Part shown: positions 46,213-46,270 of the stretch, piece after piece
Numbering within the stretch: the first letter of the stretch is position 1
How the letters are laid out: the number at the start of each line of letters is the position of its first letter
Sequence record: DRR378314_1470
Direction: 5' to 3' (one strand)
DNA length: 46,270 bases
Translations under genes and position numbers: made by a program
The notes under the pieces: generated by a model
The model's database searches: none
What the model was told of the DNA's origin: nothing
What the model saw: the letters and a program-made list of their open reading frames with translations, nothing else

Positions 46213-46270
46213 TGGCAGGGGCAGCAGGGTTCGAACCCGCGACCTACGGTTTTGGAGACCGTCGCTCTAC
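46213..46270 (-). tRNA. tRNA-Trp (CCA), 5' part outside the window
   Basis: Reverse complement GTAGAGCG-ACGGT-CTCCAAA-ACCGT-AGGTC-GCGGG-TTCGAAC-CCTGC-TGCCCCTG-CCA: anticodon CCA, T-loop, encoded CCA end. Confidence 0.95.

Noticed and set aside
1-46270. CRISPR arrays, IS elements, prophage genes, rRNA
   Set aside because: No repeat-spacer periodicity, transposase, integrase, phage or rRNA signatures were seen

Overview
Bacterial chromosomal window whose gene content and regulatory motifs point to a Roseobacter-group alphaproteobacterium (inference). In order: (1) a non-phosphorylative L-fucose/D-arabinose-type catabolic cluster (1-10193); (2) a divergent CMD-family/aminotransferase pair; (3) the alpha-glucoside locus aglK-A-G-F-E with aglR and a GH1 beta-glucosidase; (4) an orphan zrgA-like gene; (5) an iron cluster (imelysin irpA, bfd, bfr, di-heme protein, second imelysin, DUF1513) with Iron-Rhodo-box-like sites; (6) a four-gene polyamine operon (speA, carboxyspermidine dehydrogenase, nspC, ureohydrolase); (7) an HD-domain gene and an orphan lptF; (8) a minus-strand block downstream of tRNA-Trp. 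The standout is block 8 (34799-42557): a LodA/GoxA-type quinoprotein split into two genes. The second gene carries the putative CTQ residues in a segment whose Cys/Asp/Trp spacing closely follows the thioether-crosslinked QhpC subunit of quinohemoprotein amine dehydrogenase, and it is fused to a ferritin-like domain. It is followed by a QhpD-like radical SAM/SPASM enzyme and a QhpG-like flavoprotein, and preceded by a BBE-like FAD oxidase and a SAM-cyclase-STAND-TPR protein. This looks like a hybrid LodA/QHNDH cofactor-maturation system. All family calls come from motif recognition and recalled reference sequences, not database searches.
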